Shown here: positions 9,799 through 21,483 of the stretch, one piece after another
Layout: each line of letters begins with the position of its first letter
Position numbering within the stretch: the stretch's first letter is position 1
Assembly (NCBI RefSeq): GCF_044324785.1
Contig: NZ_CP172129.1
Strand: one strand, 5' to 3'
Length of the DNA stretch: 64,000 nucleotides
Source: Escherichia coli
Lineage (GTDB): Bacteria; Pseudomonadota; Gammaproteobacteria; Enterobacterales; Enterobacteriaceae
The notes under the pieces: generated by a model
Seen by the model: the letters and a program-made list of their open reading frames with translations, nothing else
Told to the model about the DNA's origin: nothing
Databases searched by the model: none
Program-made: the position numbers and the translations under genes

Positions 9799-12000
9799 AT
9801 GATGATAAGCAAAAAGTATACGCTTTGGGCTCTCAACCCACTGCTTCTTACCATGATGGCGCCAGCAGTCGCTCAACAAACCGATGATGAAACGTTCGTG
9901 GTGTCTGCCAACCGCAGCAATCGCACCGTAGCGGAGATGGCGCAAACCACCTGGGTTATCGAAAACGCCGAACTGGAACAGCAGATTCAGGGCGGCAAAG
10001 AGCTTAAAGACGCACTGGCTCAGCTGATCCCTGGCCTTGACGTCAGCAGCCGGAGCCGCACCAACTACGGTATGAATGTGCGTGGCCGCCCGCTGGTCGT
10101 GCTGGTTGACGGCGTGCGTCTCAACTCTTCACGTACCGACAGCCGACAACTGGACTCTATAGATCCTTTTAATATCGACCATATTGAAGTGATCTCCGGT
10201 GCGACGTCCCTGTACGGCGGCGGCAGTACCGGTGGCCTGATCAACATCGTGACCAAAAAAGGCCAGCCGGAAACCATGATGGAGTTTGAGGCTGGCACCA
10301 AAAGTGGCTTTAGCAGCAGTAAAGATCACGATGAACGCATTGCCGGAGCTGTCTCCGGCGGAAATGAGCATATCTCCGGACGTCTTTCCGTGGCATATCA
10401 GAAATTTGGCGGCTGGTTTGACGGTAACGGCGATGCCACCTTGCTTGATAACACCCAGACCGGCCTGCAGTACTCCGATCGGCTGGACATCATGGGAACT
10501 GGTACGCTGAACATCGATGAATCCCGGCAGCTTCAGTTGATCACACAGTACTATAAAAGCCAGGGCGACGACGATTACGGGCTTAATCTCGGGAAAGGCT
10601 TCTCTGCCATCAGAGGGACCAGCACGCCATTCGTCAGTAACGGGCTGAATTCCGACCGTATTCCCGGCACTGAGCGGCATTTGATCAGCCTGCAGTACTC
10701 TGACAGCGCTTTTCTGGGACAGGAGCTGGTCGGTCAGGTTTACTACCGCGATGAGTCGTTGCGATTCTACCCGTTCCCGACGGTAAATGCGAACAAACAG
10801 GTGACGGCTTTCTCTTCGTCACAGCAGGACACCGACCAGTACGGCATGAAACTGACTCTGAACAGCAAACCGATGGACGGCTGGCAAATCACCTGGGGGC
10901 TGGATGCTGATCATGAGCGCTTTACCTCCAACCAGATGTTCTTCGACCTGGCTCAGGCAAGCGCTTCCGGAGGGCTGAACAACAAGAAGATTTACACCAC
11001 CGGGCGCTATCCGTCGTATGACATCACCAACCTGGCGGCCTTCCTGCAATCAGGCTATGACATCAATAATCTCTTTACCCTCAACGGTGGCGTACGCTAT
11101 CAGTACACTGAAAACAAGATTGATGATTTCATCGGCTACGCGCAGCAACGGCAGATTGCCGCCGGGAAGGCTACATCCGCCGACGCCATTCCTGGCGGCT
11201 CAGTCGATTACGACAACTTCCTGTTCAACGCCGGTCTGCTGATGCACATCACCGAACGCCAGCAGGCATGGCTCAACTTCTCCCAGGGCGTGGAGCTGCC
11301 GGACCCGGGTAAATACTATGGTCGCGGCATCTATGGTGCTGCAGTGAACGGCCATCTTCCTCTAACAAAGAGTGTGAACGTCAGCGACAGCAAGCTGGAA
11401 GGCGTGAAAGTCGATTCTTATGAGCTGGGCTGGCGCTTTACTGGCAATAATCTGCGTACCCAAATCGCGGCCTACTATTCGATTTCTGATAAGAGCGTGG
11501 TGGCGAATAAAGATCTGACCATCAGCGTGGTGGACGACAAACGCCGTATTTACGGCGTGGAAGGTGCGGTGGACTACCTGATTCCTGATACTGACTGGAG
11601 TACCGGAGTGAACTTCAACGTGCTGAAAACTGAGTCGAAAGTGAACGGTACCTGGCAGAAATACGATGTGAAGACAGCAAGCCCATCAAAAGCGACAGCC
11701 TACATTGGCTGGGCACCGGACCCGTGGAGTCTGCGCGTGCAGAGCACCACCTCCTTTGACGTGAGCGACGCGCAGGGCTACAAGGTCGATGGCTATACCA
11801 CCGCGGATCTGCTCGGCAGTTATCAGCTTCCGGTGGGTACACTCAGCTTCAGCATTGAAAACCTCTTCGACCGTGACTACACCACTGTCTGGGGGCAGCG
11901 TGCACCACTGTACTACAGCCCGGGTTACGGCCCAGCGTCACTGTACGACTACAAAGGCAGGGGCCGAACCTTTGGTCTGAACTACTCTGTGCTGTTCTGA
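9799..12000 (+). CDS. iutA: TonB-dependent ferric aerobactin receptor IutA
   Basis: 733-aa ORF with signal peptide, TonB box ETFVVSA and C-terminal aromatic residue typical of outer-membrane beta-barrels. Confidence 0.9.
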   Translation: MMISKKYTLWALNPLLLTMMAPAVAQQTDDETFVVSANRSNRTVAEMAQTTWVIENAELEQQIQGGKELKDALAQLIPGLDVSSRSRTNYGMNVRGRPLVVLVDGVRLNSSRTDSRQLDSIDPFNIDHIEVISGATSLYGGGSTGGLINIVTKKGQPETMMEFEAGTKSGFSSSKDHDERIAGAVSGGNEHISGRLSVAYQKFGGWFDGNGDATLLDNTQTGLQYSDRLDIMGTGTLNIDESRQLQLITQYYKSQGDDDYGLNLGKGFSAIRGTSTPFVSNGLNSDRIPGTERHLISLQYSDSAFLGQELVGQVYYRDESLRFYPFPTVNANKQVTAFSSSQQDTDQYGMKLTLNSKPMDGWQITWGLDADHERFTSNQMFFDLAQASASGGLNNKKIYTTGRYPSYDITNLAAFLQSGYDINNLFTLNGGVRYQYTENKIDDFIGYAQQRQIAAGKATSADAIPGGSVDYDNFLFNAGLLMHITERQQAWLNFSQGVELPDPGKYYGRGIYGAAVNGHLPLTKSVNVSDSKLEGVKVDSYELGWRFTGNNLRTQIAAYYSISDKSVVANKDLTISVVDDKRRIYGVEGAVDYLIPDTDWSTGVNFNVLKTESKVNGTWQKYDVKTASPSKATAYIGWAPDPWSLRVQSTTSFDVSDAQGYKVDGYTTADLLGSYQLPVGTLSFSIENLFDRDYTTVWGQRAPLYYSPGYGPASLYDYKGRGRTFGLNYSVLF

Positions 12001-12073
12001 CCGGTATTCCTTTACAACAAAGGTACGCTGATATCAACATGGCCGCTGACAGCCAAGTTGATATCATATAATA

Positions 12074-12134
12074 CACGACATAATCTGTAGTCAGGGAGGA
12101 TAGACTCTTTACTGACTACAGATTATGTCGTGTT
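12074..12134. repeat. Perfect 22-bp inverted repeat with 17-nt spacer downstream of iutA
   Basis: acacgacataatctgtagtcag ... ctgactacagattatgtcgtgt read directly from the sequence. Confidence 0.6.
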
Positions 12135-12524
12135 CCGTGCTCATTTCCTCAAAAAATACAAGAAAAGAATTAGTATTCTAACAAAAAGTGAAATAAATTG
12201 TATCAAACTCCCTCTTTTAATCCTGTTGAGTAAATCAGCTTTTGCAATAGGATTGAAAGAGTGTAAGTGGAATCTCTTCCGGATACTCGTTACCACCGTG
12301 GCTAGAATATCTACGGCTGCGGGCCAGTAATAGATTAAGTGATAACAGCTGTCTGGAAATGTAGGGGCGTATCCACTAATCATAATCATTGTGAGATAAA
12401 TATTACGGGGCATTTTATAATGAATAAAATATACTCTCTAAAATATTGTCATATTACCAATACCATGAAGGTGATGCTGCCAACTTACTGATTTAGTGTA
12501 TGATGGTGTTTTTGAGGTGCTCCA

Positions 12525-12800
12525 GTGGCTTCTGTTTCTATCAGCTGTCCCTCCTGTTCAGCTACTGACGGGGTGGTGCGTAACGGCAAAAGCACCGCCG
12601 GACATCAGCGCTATCTCTGCTCTCACTGCCGTAAAACATGGCAACTGCAGTTCACTTACACCGCTTCTCAACCCGGTACGCACCAGAAAATCATTGATAT
12701 GGCCATGAATGGCGTTGGATGCCGGGCAACTGCCCGCATTATGGGCGTTGGCCTCAACACGATTTTACGTCACTTAAAAAACTCAGGCCGCAGTCGGTAA
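12525..12800 (+). CDS. insA: IS1 InsA
   Basis: 91-aa [94 protein letters not shown]. Confidence 0.9.
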
Positions 12801-13222
12801 CCTCGCGCATACAGCCGGGCAGTGACGTCATCGTCTGCGCGGAAATGGACGAACAGTGGGGCTATGTCGGGGCTAAATCGCGCCAGCGCTGGCTGTTTTA
12901 CGCGTATGACAGTCTCCGGAAGACGGTTGTTGCGCACGTATTCGGTGAACGCACTATGGCGACGCTGGGGCGTCTTATGAGCCTGCTGTCACCCTTTGAC
13001 GTGGTGATATGGATGACGGATGGCTGGCCGCTGTATGAATCCCGCCTGAAGGGAAAGCTGCACGTAATCAGCAAGCGATATACGCAGCGAATTGAGCGGC
13101 ATAACCTGAATCTGAGGCAGCACCTGGCACGGCTGGGACGGAAGTCGCTGTCGTTTTCAAAATCGGTGGAGCTGCATGACAAAGTCATCGGGCATTATCT
13201 GAACATAAAACACTATCAATAA
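12719..13222 (+). CDS. insB: IS1 InsB (expressed as InsAB' by frameshifting)
   Basis: 167-aa ORF overlapping insA in the -1 frame, canonical IS1 layout. Confidence 0.85.
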
Positions 13223-13399
13223 GTTGGAGTCATTACCGCCTTGACCATCAGATAGTTATTTTGGTGCTAGGGATACTGAGTGTGAACAGTTAGCGCGCGT
13301 CCTCGCCAGTTAGCTCGCTACGCTCGGTTACACGACGGCTACGAGTACTAGTGATAATTATTGACTGAGGTATGTGCTCTTCCTGTTTCCTTTTTTGAT

Positions 13400-13500
13400 G
13401 TGTTGCTCTCATTTTAAACAACTTTGCGGTTTTTTGACTACTTTGCAATTTTGTTGTTGCTTTGCAATAAAATGCAAGATTAAATGAAAATATGCAAAGC
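13400..13500 (+). promoter_or_regulatory. sopAB promoter/operator with repeated CTTTGC SopA-binding motifs
   Basis: ctttgcggttttttgactactttgcaattttgttgttgctttgcaataaaatgcaag directly upstream of sopA. Confidence 0.5.
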
Positions 13501-13512
13501 AATGATTAAAGG

Positions 13513-14688
13513 ATGTTCAGAATGAGACTCATGGAAACACTTAACCAGTGCATAAACGCTGGTCATGAAATGACGAAGGCTATCGCCATTGCACAGTTTA
13601 ATGATGACAGCCCGGAAGCGAGGAAAATCACCCGACGCTGGAGAATAGGTGAAGCAGCGGATTTAGTTGGAGTATCTTCTCAGGCTATCAGGGATGCCGA
13701 GAAAGCAGGCCGGCTACCGCACCCGGATATGGAAATACGAGGACGGGTTGAGCAACGTGTTGGTTATACAATTGAACAAATTAATCATATGCGTGACGTG
13801 TTTGGTACGAGACTACGACGTGCTGAAGACGTATTTCCGCCGGTGATTGGAGTTGCTGCTCATAAAGGGGGCGTTTACAAAACCTCTGTTTCTGTTCATC
13901 TTGCTCAGGATCTGGCTCTGAAGGGATTACGTGTTCTGCTCGTGGAAGGTAACGACCCCCAGGGAACAGCATCGATGTATCACGGCTGGGTGCCAGATCT
14001 TCATATTCATGCAGAGGATACTCTCCTTCCCTTCTATCTTGGGGAAAAGGACGATGTCACTTATGCAATAAAGCCTACTTGCTGGCCTGGGCTTGACATT
14101 ATTCCTTCCTGTTTGGCTCTGCACCGCATTGAAACTGAGCTAATGGGCAAATTTGATGAAGGTAAATTGCCCACCGATCCACACCTGATGCTCCGACTGG
14201 CCATTGAAACCGTCGCTCATGACTATGATGTCATTGTCATTGACAGCGCGCCTAACCTAGGTATCGGCACGATTAATGTTGTATGTGCTGCTGATGTGTT
14301 GATTGTCCCCACGCCTGCTGAGTTGTTCGACTACACTTCCGCTCTGCAGTTTTTCGATATGCTTCGTGATCTGCTCAAAAACGTAGATCTTAAAGGATTC
14401 GAGCCTGATGTACGTATTTTGCTTACCAAATACAGTAATAGTAATGGTTCTCAGTCCCCGTGGATGGAGGAGCAAATTCGGGACGCCTGGGGAAGCATGG
14501 TCCTAAAAAATGTTGTGCGTGAAACGGATGAAGTTGGTAAAGGTCAGATCCGGATGAGAACTGTTTTTGAACAGGCTATTGATCAACGCTCTTCAACAGG
14601 TGCCTGGAGAAATGCCCTTTCTATTTGGGAACCTGTCTGCAATGAAATTTTCGATCGTTTGATTAAACCACGCTGGGAGATTAGATAA
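13513..14688 (+). CDS. sopA: Partition ATPase SopA (ParA family)
   Basis: ORF contains [38 protein letters not shown] and Walker A KGGVYKTS; alternative start 9 nt downstream possible. Confidence 0.9.
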   Translation: MFRMRLMETLNQCINAGHEMTKAIAIAQFNDDSPEARKITRRWRIGEAADLVGVSSQAIRDAEKAGRLPHPDMEIRGRVEQRVGYTIEQINHMRDVFGTRLRRAEDVFPPVIGVAAHKGGVYKTSVSVHLAQDLALKGLRVLLVEGNDPQGTASMYHGWVPDLHIHAEDTLLPFYLGEKDDVTYAIKPTCWPGLDIIPSCLALHRIETELMGKFDEGKLPTDPHLMLRLAIETVAHDYDVIVIDSAPNLGIGTINVVCAADVLIVPTPAELFDYTSALQFFDMLRDLLKNVDLKGFEPDVRILLTKYSNSNGSQSPWMEEQIRDAWGSMVLKNVVRETDEVGKGQIRMRTVFEQAIDQRSSTGAWRNALSIWEPVCNEIFDRLIKPRWEIR

Positions 14689-15659
14689 TGAAGCGTGCGC
14701 CTGTCATTCCAAAACATACGATTAAGACTCAACCGCTTGAAGATACTCCGTCATCGGCACCAGCTGCACCGATGGTGGATTCGTTAATTGCGCGCGTAGG
14801 AGCTATGGCTCGTGGCAATGCTATTACTTTGCCTGTATGTGGTAGGGACGTGAAATTTACCCTTGAGGTGCTCCGGGGAGATAGTGTTGAGAAGACCTCT
14901 CGGGTATGGTCAGGTAATGAACGTGACCAGGAACTGCTTACCGAAGACGCCCTGGATGATCTTATCCCTTCTTTTCTACTGACAGGTCAGCAGACACCAG
15001 CATTCGGTCGAAGAGTGTCTGGGGTCATAGAAATTGCCGATGGGAGCCGCCGTCGTAAAGCTGCTGCACTTACAGAAAGTGATTATCGAGTTCTGGTTGG
15101 TGAGCTGGATGATGAGCAGATGGCTGCATTGTCCAGATTGGGTAACGATTATAGGCCAACAAGTGCTTATGAACGTGGTCAGCGTTATGCAAGCCGATTG
15201 CAGAATGAATTTGCTGGAAATATTTCTGCGCTGGCTGATGCAGAAAATATTTCACGTAAGATTATTACCCGCTGTATCAACACAGCTAAACTGCCTAAAT
15301 CAGTTGTTGCTCTTTTTTCTCATCCCGGTGAACTATCTGCCCGGTCAGGTGATGCACTTCAAAGAGCTTTTACAGATAAAGAAGAATTACTTAAGCAGCA
15401 GGCATCTAACCTTCACGAGCAGAAAAAAGCAGGAGTGATATTTGAAGCTGAAGAAGTCATCACTCTTTTAACGTCTGTGCTTAAAACGTCATCTGCCTCA
15501 AGAACTAGCTTAAGCTCACGACATCAGTTTGCTCCTGGAGCGACAGTGTTGTACAAGGGCGATAAAATGGTGTTAAACCTAGATAGATCTCGTATTCCAA
15601 CTGAGTGTATAGAGAGAATTGAAGCCATTCTTAAGGAACTTGAAAAAGCGGCACTTTGA
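14688..15659 (+). CDS. sopB: Partition centromere-binding protein SopB (ParB family)
   Basis: 323-aa ORF overlapping sopA stop, followed by sopC repeats. Confidence 0.9.
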   Translation: MKRAPVIPKHTIKTQPLEDTPSSAPAAPMVDSLIARVGAMARGNAITLPVCGRDVKFTLEVLRGDSVEKTSRVWSGNERDQELLTEDALDDLIPSFLLTGQQTPAFGRRVSGVIEIADGSRRRKAAALTESDYRVLVGELDDEQMAALSRLGNDYRPTSAYERGQRYASRLQNEFAGNISALADAENISRKIITRCINTAKLPKSVVALFSHPGELSARSGDALQRAFTDKEELLKQQASNLHEQKKAGVIFEAEEVITLLTSVLKTSSASRTSLSSRHQFAPGATVLYKGDKMVLNLDRSRIPTECIERIEAILKELEKAAL

Positions 15660-15750
15660 TGCGGCACGTTTTAGTCTACATTTATCTGTCTTTACTTAAT
15701 TTCCTTTAGCACAGGCTAGAAAACATAACTAACTGGCCTGAATATTATAT

Positions 15751-16094
15751 CTGGGACCACGGTCCCAGTTGTATTGTCGGTCTGATAATCAGTCTGGGAC
15801 CACGGTCCCACTCATATTGTCGGTCTGATAATCAGTCTGGGACCACGGTCCCACTCATATTGTTGGTCTGCTAATCAGTCTGGGACCACGGTCCCACTCA
15901 TATTGTCGGTCTGCTAATCAGTCTGGGACCACGGTCCCACTCATATTGTTGGTCTGATTATCGGTCTGGGACCACGGTCCCACTCATATTGTTAGTCTGA
16001 TAATCAGTCTGGGACCGCGGTCCCACTCGTATTGTTGGTCTGCTAATCAGTCTGGGACCACGGTCTCACTTGTATTGTCGATCTGATTATCAGC
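15751..16094. repeat. sopC: sopC centromere: 8 tandem 43-bp repeats
   Basis: Eight contiguous 43-bp units of ctgggaccacggtcccactcatattgtcggtctgataatcagt with minor variants, each containing the 7-bp inverted repeat TGGGACC/GGTCCCA. Confidence 0.9.
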
Positions 16095-16705
16095 GTGAGA
16101 CTACGATTCCATTAATGCCTGCCAGTGAGTGTGTGGAACATATCTTGGCCAGTGGCTTGGTCTGTGATGTGCTGCGTATACCGGGTGAACCGCCCCGCCG
16201 CTTGTTTGACCGCTATATTCTGCGGGAGTTTTCTTGGAGGCACGGGATGAAATCCGCAGCATGGCGGATGCCCTGGCAAAAATCCGGAAATGATGACGAT
16301 GGCGGGGAAAATCCCCGCCTTTTTCCTGCCGGTCCCCGGACAGAGCACAAAGGAAGTCGCCGCCGGCTCCGCTTTACCCGGCCATGCGGAGCATGGCCTT
16401 GTGGGGGTTCAGTTATGTGGACGTCGAGTCGTGTGCGGGCTGTGCCGTGCCTCCATCTTAGCCGGGCTGGCGTTGATGCAAGCAACTGTCTTAATGGGAG
16501 GCGGTTATCTGAAAAAAGTACGGGATAATATTATGGAATCGCCCATCTCAAGCAAAAAACTGACTCGCTTCGATACTACGCTGACAGGCTGTTTTGAGCG
16601 AGATATCTCTCGTGTCGGGCATCGACATTTTAAATGATTCTAAATAATATGAGCAGGGTCAGTCTTATTAAAGATTAAAACACCGGATAACAAGTTTTAT
16701 TGATT

Positions 16706-17281
16706 ATGGATGAAGAGAAAACTCGTGCTGAAGTGGCACACATAGAATTTATTTCATATGGTACGTCTCGAATTTTTGATAGGCGTATGAGATCCTTAGA
16801 CTGGAAGCGTAAGGTTGTCACCTTCCTTGGGGTCTTTGTTCCACTGATGATAGGTTGTGCAGTTTTATCATTCGGACTTGAAGCTCCATTTCTGCCGCTT
16901 TGCATCACAATTGCCGGTGTGGCAAGTATCATGCAATTGGGGTTCTCGCTGTGGTCTTTGGTTTCCGGATGGGATCGCTCATATAGTGATTGCATGGCTT
17001 CCGTTAAGGAAAATACAGCCATTTATAACCTAGCTGGTAGTGTTCGCAAGAAAATAGGTAAGCTTGACGAAGCCAAATTGGAAATTTTGATAGACGATTT
17101 GACGGAAAAATTTGAGCGAAGGGAGCAGGAAGACTTAACTTTGTGTGTGAGTGATAAAGAACTTCGTTATGCAAACCGTATGTCCTGTTTCTACTTCAAA
17201 AAAAAATGCCATATTTGTAATGTCGTTCCCCTAACTTTGAAACCGGGAAAATGTGTTTGTGATGGTTGTGGGAAATTTTAA
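16706..17281 (+). CDS. Hypothetical membrane protein: two predicted TM helices, charged helical region, C-terminal Cys cluster (CxxC...CxCxxC)
   Basis: ORF 16700..17281; AT-rich island; hydrophobic stretches VVTFLGVFVPLMIGCAVLSFGL and LPLCITIAGVASIMQLGFSLWSLV; C-terminal KKKCHICNVVPLTLKPGKCVCDGCGKF; no recalled homolog. Confidence 0.5.
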   Translation: MDEEKTRAEVAHIEFISYGTSRIFDRRMRSLDWKRKVVTFLGVFVPLMIGCAVLSFGLEAPFLPLCITIAGVASIMQLGFSLWSLVSGWDRSYSDCMASVKENTAIYNLAGSVRKKIGKLDEAKLEILIDDLTEKFERREQEDLTLCVSDKELRYANRMSCFYFKKKCHICNVVPLTLKPGKCVCDGCGKF

Positions 17282-17293
17282 CAAGGAGAACAT

Positions 17294-17506
17294 ATGAGTA
17301 GTGCAAAAATTCTTAACGCTTACTTCGAGGCTTCTGAAGAAGATCGAAAGGAGTTCCTACGGGTTCTTAGTCATTTTTATAAGGATAACCGAAGAGTACC
17401 TCTGCAAGAGGGCATGGAGAGCTTTGCCGTCAATGAAAGCATCCGTAAATCGCAGTCAATTAACTTTGCCCCTATGCAAGGTGGGTGTCCACTCTGCGGC
17501 AAGTAA
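17294..17506 (+). CDS. Hypothetical small protein (70 aa) with C-terminal CPLCGK motif, likely co-transcribed with the upstream gene
   Basis: Strong Shine-Dalgarno AAGGAG 6-8 nt upstream of ATG at 17294; 12-bp gap after upstream gene; hairpin terminator follows. Confidence 0.5.
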   Translation: MSSAKILNAYFEASEEDRKEFLRVLSHFYKDNRRVPLQEGMESFAVNESIRKSQSINFAPMQGGCPLCGK

Positions 17507-17510
17507 CGAC

Positions 17511-17545
17511 CAAAGCCGCTTGACTAGCGGCTTGATAGATTTCTT
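17511..17545 (+). terminator. Putative intrinsic terminator after the two-gene cassette
   Basis: aagccgcttgactagcggctt hairpin followed by T-rich tract gatagatttctttatatt. Confidence 0.4.
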
Positions 17546-17559
17546 TATATTGTAACTAG

Positions 17560-19000
<1,441 letters not shown>

Positions 19001-19139
19001 ACCCTCCAACTCCCGCCAGCCGTGTGTGTCAGGCTGCGGCTTCCCTTGCGCCCTTTGCATCCCCGCCTTATCGCCCGGCTTTTATGGAGGCACGGCACAG
19101 CCCGGTGTCGCGGAATATGTGAACAACGGAGGAAATCCC

Positions 19140-19565
19140 ATGCAGTATGCGAAACCTGTCACTCTGAATGTTGAAGAGTGCGACCGTCTGTCTTTTCTGC
19201 CTTACCTGTTTGGCAACGATTTTCTGTATGCCGAAGCATATGTGTACGCGCTGGCGCAAAAAATGATGCCGGAATATCAGGGAGGCTTCTGGCACTTCAT
19301 CCGCCTGCCGGACGGTGGCGGTTACATGATGCCGGATGGCGACCGTTTTCATCTGGTTAACGGTGAAAACTGGTTTGACCGCACGGTCAGTGCCGATGCC
19401 GCAGGCATCATTCTGACTTCCCTTGTGATTAACCGCCAGTTGTGGCTGTACCACGACAGCGGTAACGCAGGGCTGACACACCTGTACCGGATGCGTGATG
19501 CGCAGTTGTGGAGCCACATCGAATTTCACCCCGAATGTAACGCGATTTACGCGGCGCTGGACTGA
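19140..19565 (+). CDS. klcA: Antirestriction protein KlcA/ArdB family
   Basis: 141-aa protein (start trimmed from ORF 18960..19565 to MQYAKPV behind GGAGGA); motifs [53 protein letters not shown] parallel RK2 KlcA. Confidence 0.8.
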   Translation: MQYAKPVTLNVEECDRLSFLPYLFGNDFLYAEAYVYALAQKMMPEYQGGFWHFIRLPDGGGYMMPDGDRFHLVNGENWFDRTVSADAAGIILTSLVINRQLWLYHDSGNAGLTHLYRMRDAQLWSHIEFHPECNAIYAALD

Positions 19566-19654
19566 TTAACGGACGGGGCGGCAATGCCGCCCCTGTAAAG
19601 GAGACGAGAACATGTACTGTTAAAGAAATTATCCGCGATGTACTGGATACAGAC

Positions 19655-20026
19655 GTGCCGGACAGTGAATGCGTTTTTGCCGTGGTGCTGACCCGTGGGA
19701 ATGTGCGCCATATGGCTCAGGACTGGAACCTGTCAGACGATGAGCTGGAAACCGTCATGCAGCGGCTGGACGATGCTTTTGTATATGGCGCATGTGACAG
19801 AGTTGTTTCCGATATTGTCAATGAACTGATGGAGGAAAAGCGCGTAAACCGCCTTGTAACAGTCCCTGCGGTGCTGCTGGAAAAAGTGATGGTGATGGCT
19901 GGTAGTGAAATTTATCGCCTCCATGCTGTCGGGAGCGAGAACGGGGGCGACGGTGACGCATTTGTCAGGGAAGAACGTGAGATTATGCGGGTGATGCGTC
20001 AGGCGCTGGACGGGGAGAACGGGTAA
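19655..20026 (+). CDS. Hypothetical leading-region protein (123 aa, acidic)
   Basis: ORF from track; position between klcA and first Frpo-like repeat; start codon uncertain (GTG, frame open upstream). Confidence 0.45.
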   Translation: MPDSECVFAVVLTRGNVRHMAQDWNLSDDELETVMQRLDDAFVYGACDRVVSDIVNELMEEKRVNRLVTVPAVLLEKVMVMAGSEIYRLHAVGSENGGDGDAFVREEREIMRVMRQALDGENG

Positions 20027-20208
20027 TGAATATCAGCACGGAAACCCGCGAAATTCTGCGTAATTACAAAACCGTGATTAATGCGCGGCGTCGTGAGATG
20101 GGGCAGAAACCGCTCACCACCGCGCAGATTGTTGATGAAATCTGCGATTTTGTGACGAATCAGCAGGCGGTTTTCCTCGGTGGTCACTATATCCTTCAGG
20201 GCAGCTGA
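20026..20208 (+). CDS. Hypothetical small leading-region protein (60 aa)
   Basis: ORF overlapping upstream stop (ATGA), suggests translational coupling. Confidence 0.4.
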   Translation: MNISTETREILRNYKTVINARRREMGQKPLTTAQIVDEICDFVTNQQAVFLGGHYILQGS

Positions 20209-20442
20209 AACAGGTGATACAGGGCAGGCGGTGGAGGCCGCCTGTCAGCCCGCGCGAACCCCCCTGGCAGGCTGACGCCTGCCGGAAGGGAAGCGGGCCA
20301 CGCTGACGCGTCGCCCGTTACCCTTCCCGTTAGTGATGTGTCCGGAATGTTTTTTCTGATGTTATTTTTCTGTGGTTACCGTGTTTGTTATTGTTCTTCT
20401 TCTTTTTCCTCTTCCTCTTCTTTCCGTTCCTCTCCTGTTTAT

Positions 20443-20970
20443 GGCTTTTCCGGGCGTCCCCCTGGCGGGGCGGGCTGTCGTGAACGGAGCCAGCGGAGCT
20501 GTCTCCGCCCTGGCGGGCTTCCATCCCTGACGCGAAACCATGGCTTGCAGCGACCGTTCCGGTCGCGCCGCCTCTGTCGCGCCGTGGCCTGCGCTCCCGG
20601 CATCCCGGCAAAAGGCGCCGGAATGTAAGGAGCAACGCCGTTTCGCAAACCGCGCTTCACGTCGTTGCGGCGGGTCCCTGCTCATTGCCTGCCAAGTGCC
20701 ACACACCCGTATGAGTCCCTGTCGCCGGGGGCTGAGACAGCCACAACCTGCCGCACTGACTGTCCAGGGTAAATGAACAGCCCACAAAATTTTTTACCCA
20801 GAACCCGGTAAAAAATTTTGCGTTCTGCCCAGGACAGGTGCGTCAGGCCGTGGCAGTGATGCCCCTTGCGGCGAAGGTTCTCAAACGGGTGAAGTTCATA
20901 CCACAGGGAATACAGCAGCAGGTTCCCGCGAAACGTCAAAACCGCGGCTCCCGAAACTCAACGGGTGATG
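20443..20970 (+). repeat. Frpo/ssi-like repeat copy 1 (putative single-stranded DNA promoter), preceded by CT-rich tract
   Basis: About 530 bp nearly identical to copies at 23700-24230 and 29091-29630; begins ccttttccgggcgtccccctggcggggcgggctgtcgtgaacggagccagcggagc. Confidence 0.6.
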
Positions 20971-21201
20971 TTCTTTAAAAATCAGGATTTATTTCAGGCT
21001 CCGGCAATACGCATTTATTTGTTCTGTCAGTCATCCGGCTGGCAGGTAATGAGAACGCAGGAACAGAAGGAGGAAAACACCGGAAAGCGTCAGATGCAGA
21101 TATGAAAAAAGCAGGTCAGGGACCTGCTTAATCCACGCCGTAGAAATCGCCGCAATCGATTTTCACGGCTTCACTAACCTGTGTCATAAGGAGTTTCATT
21201 T

Positions 21202-21432
21202 ATGACAGTAAGTATTGTTTCACCTTCCGCAGCGGCTGTAAAGCCCCGCCGTCATCCCCGTTTCAGACGCGAAGACATCCCCGCGCCGGAAATTGACCCC
21301 GTGCTGAAAGCATTCGGGCGACACATAGCCCGGAGTTTTCACCGGGGACGTGGTGTACACATCCCCGCCATGAAAAACACGGCTTTCGGGCAGGTGCTCC
21401 GCACACTTGAACTGAAACGCGCTTTTAACTGA
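21202..21432 (+). CDS. Hypothetical small basic protein (76 aa), first gene downstream of Frpo-like copy 1
   Basis: ORF with AAGGAG-like SD (cataaggagtttcatttATG). Confidence 0.5.
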   Translation: MTVSIVSPSAAAVKPRRHPRFRREDIPAPEIDPVLKAFGRHIARSFHRGRGVHIPAMKNTAFGQVLRTLELKRAFN

Positions 21433-21483
21433 TGAGGTGAGCCGCCCCGCGAGGGGCGGCAACAGACGGAAGGAGAACATTTT

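Larger units (their letters stand above)
12470..13237. mobile_element. IS1, 768 bp
   Basis: Terminal repeats GGTGATGCTGCCAACTTACTGAT at 12470 and complement ending at 13237; insA and insB ORFs at canonical offsets. Confidence 0.9.

Noticed and set aside
12141-12413. 90-aa minus-strand ORF in the AT-rich spacer between iutA and IS1 (and overlapping plus-strand 12130-12330)
   Set aside because: Low-complexity Ile/Leu/Phe-rich translation from AT-rich DNA, two mutually antisense frames, no RBS.
15751-16094. Tandem 43-bp repeats that could be mistaken for a CRISPR array
   Set aside because: The repeats are contiguous with no unique spacers and match the sopC centromere directly downstream of sopAB.
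20330-20787. Multiple ORFs on both strands inside the Frpo-like repeats (similar sets at 23542-24198 and 28992-29589)
   Set aside because: The same overlapping Arg/Pro-rich frames recur in each copy; the repeats are better explained as structured non-coding promoter elements.
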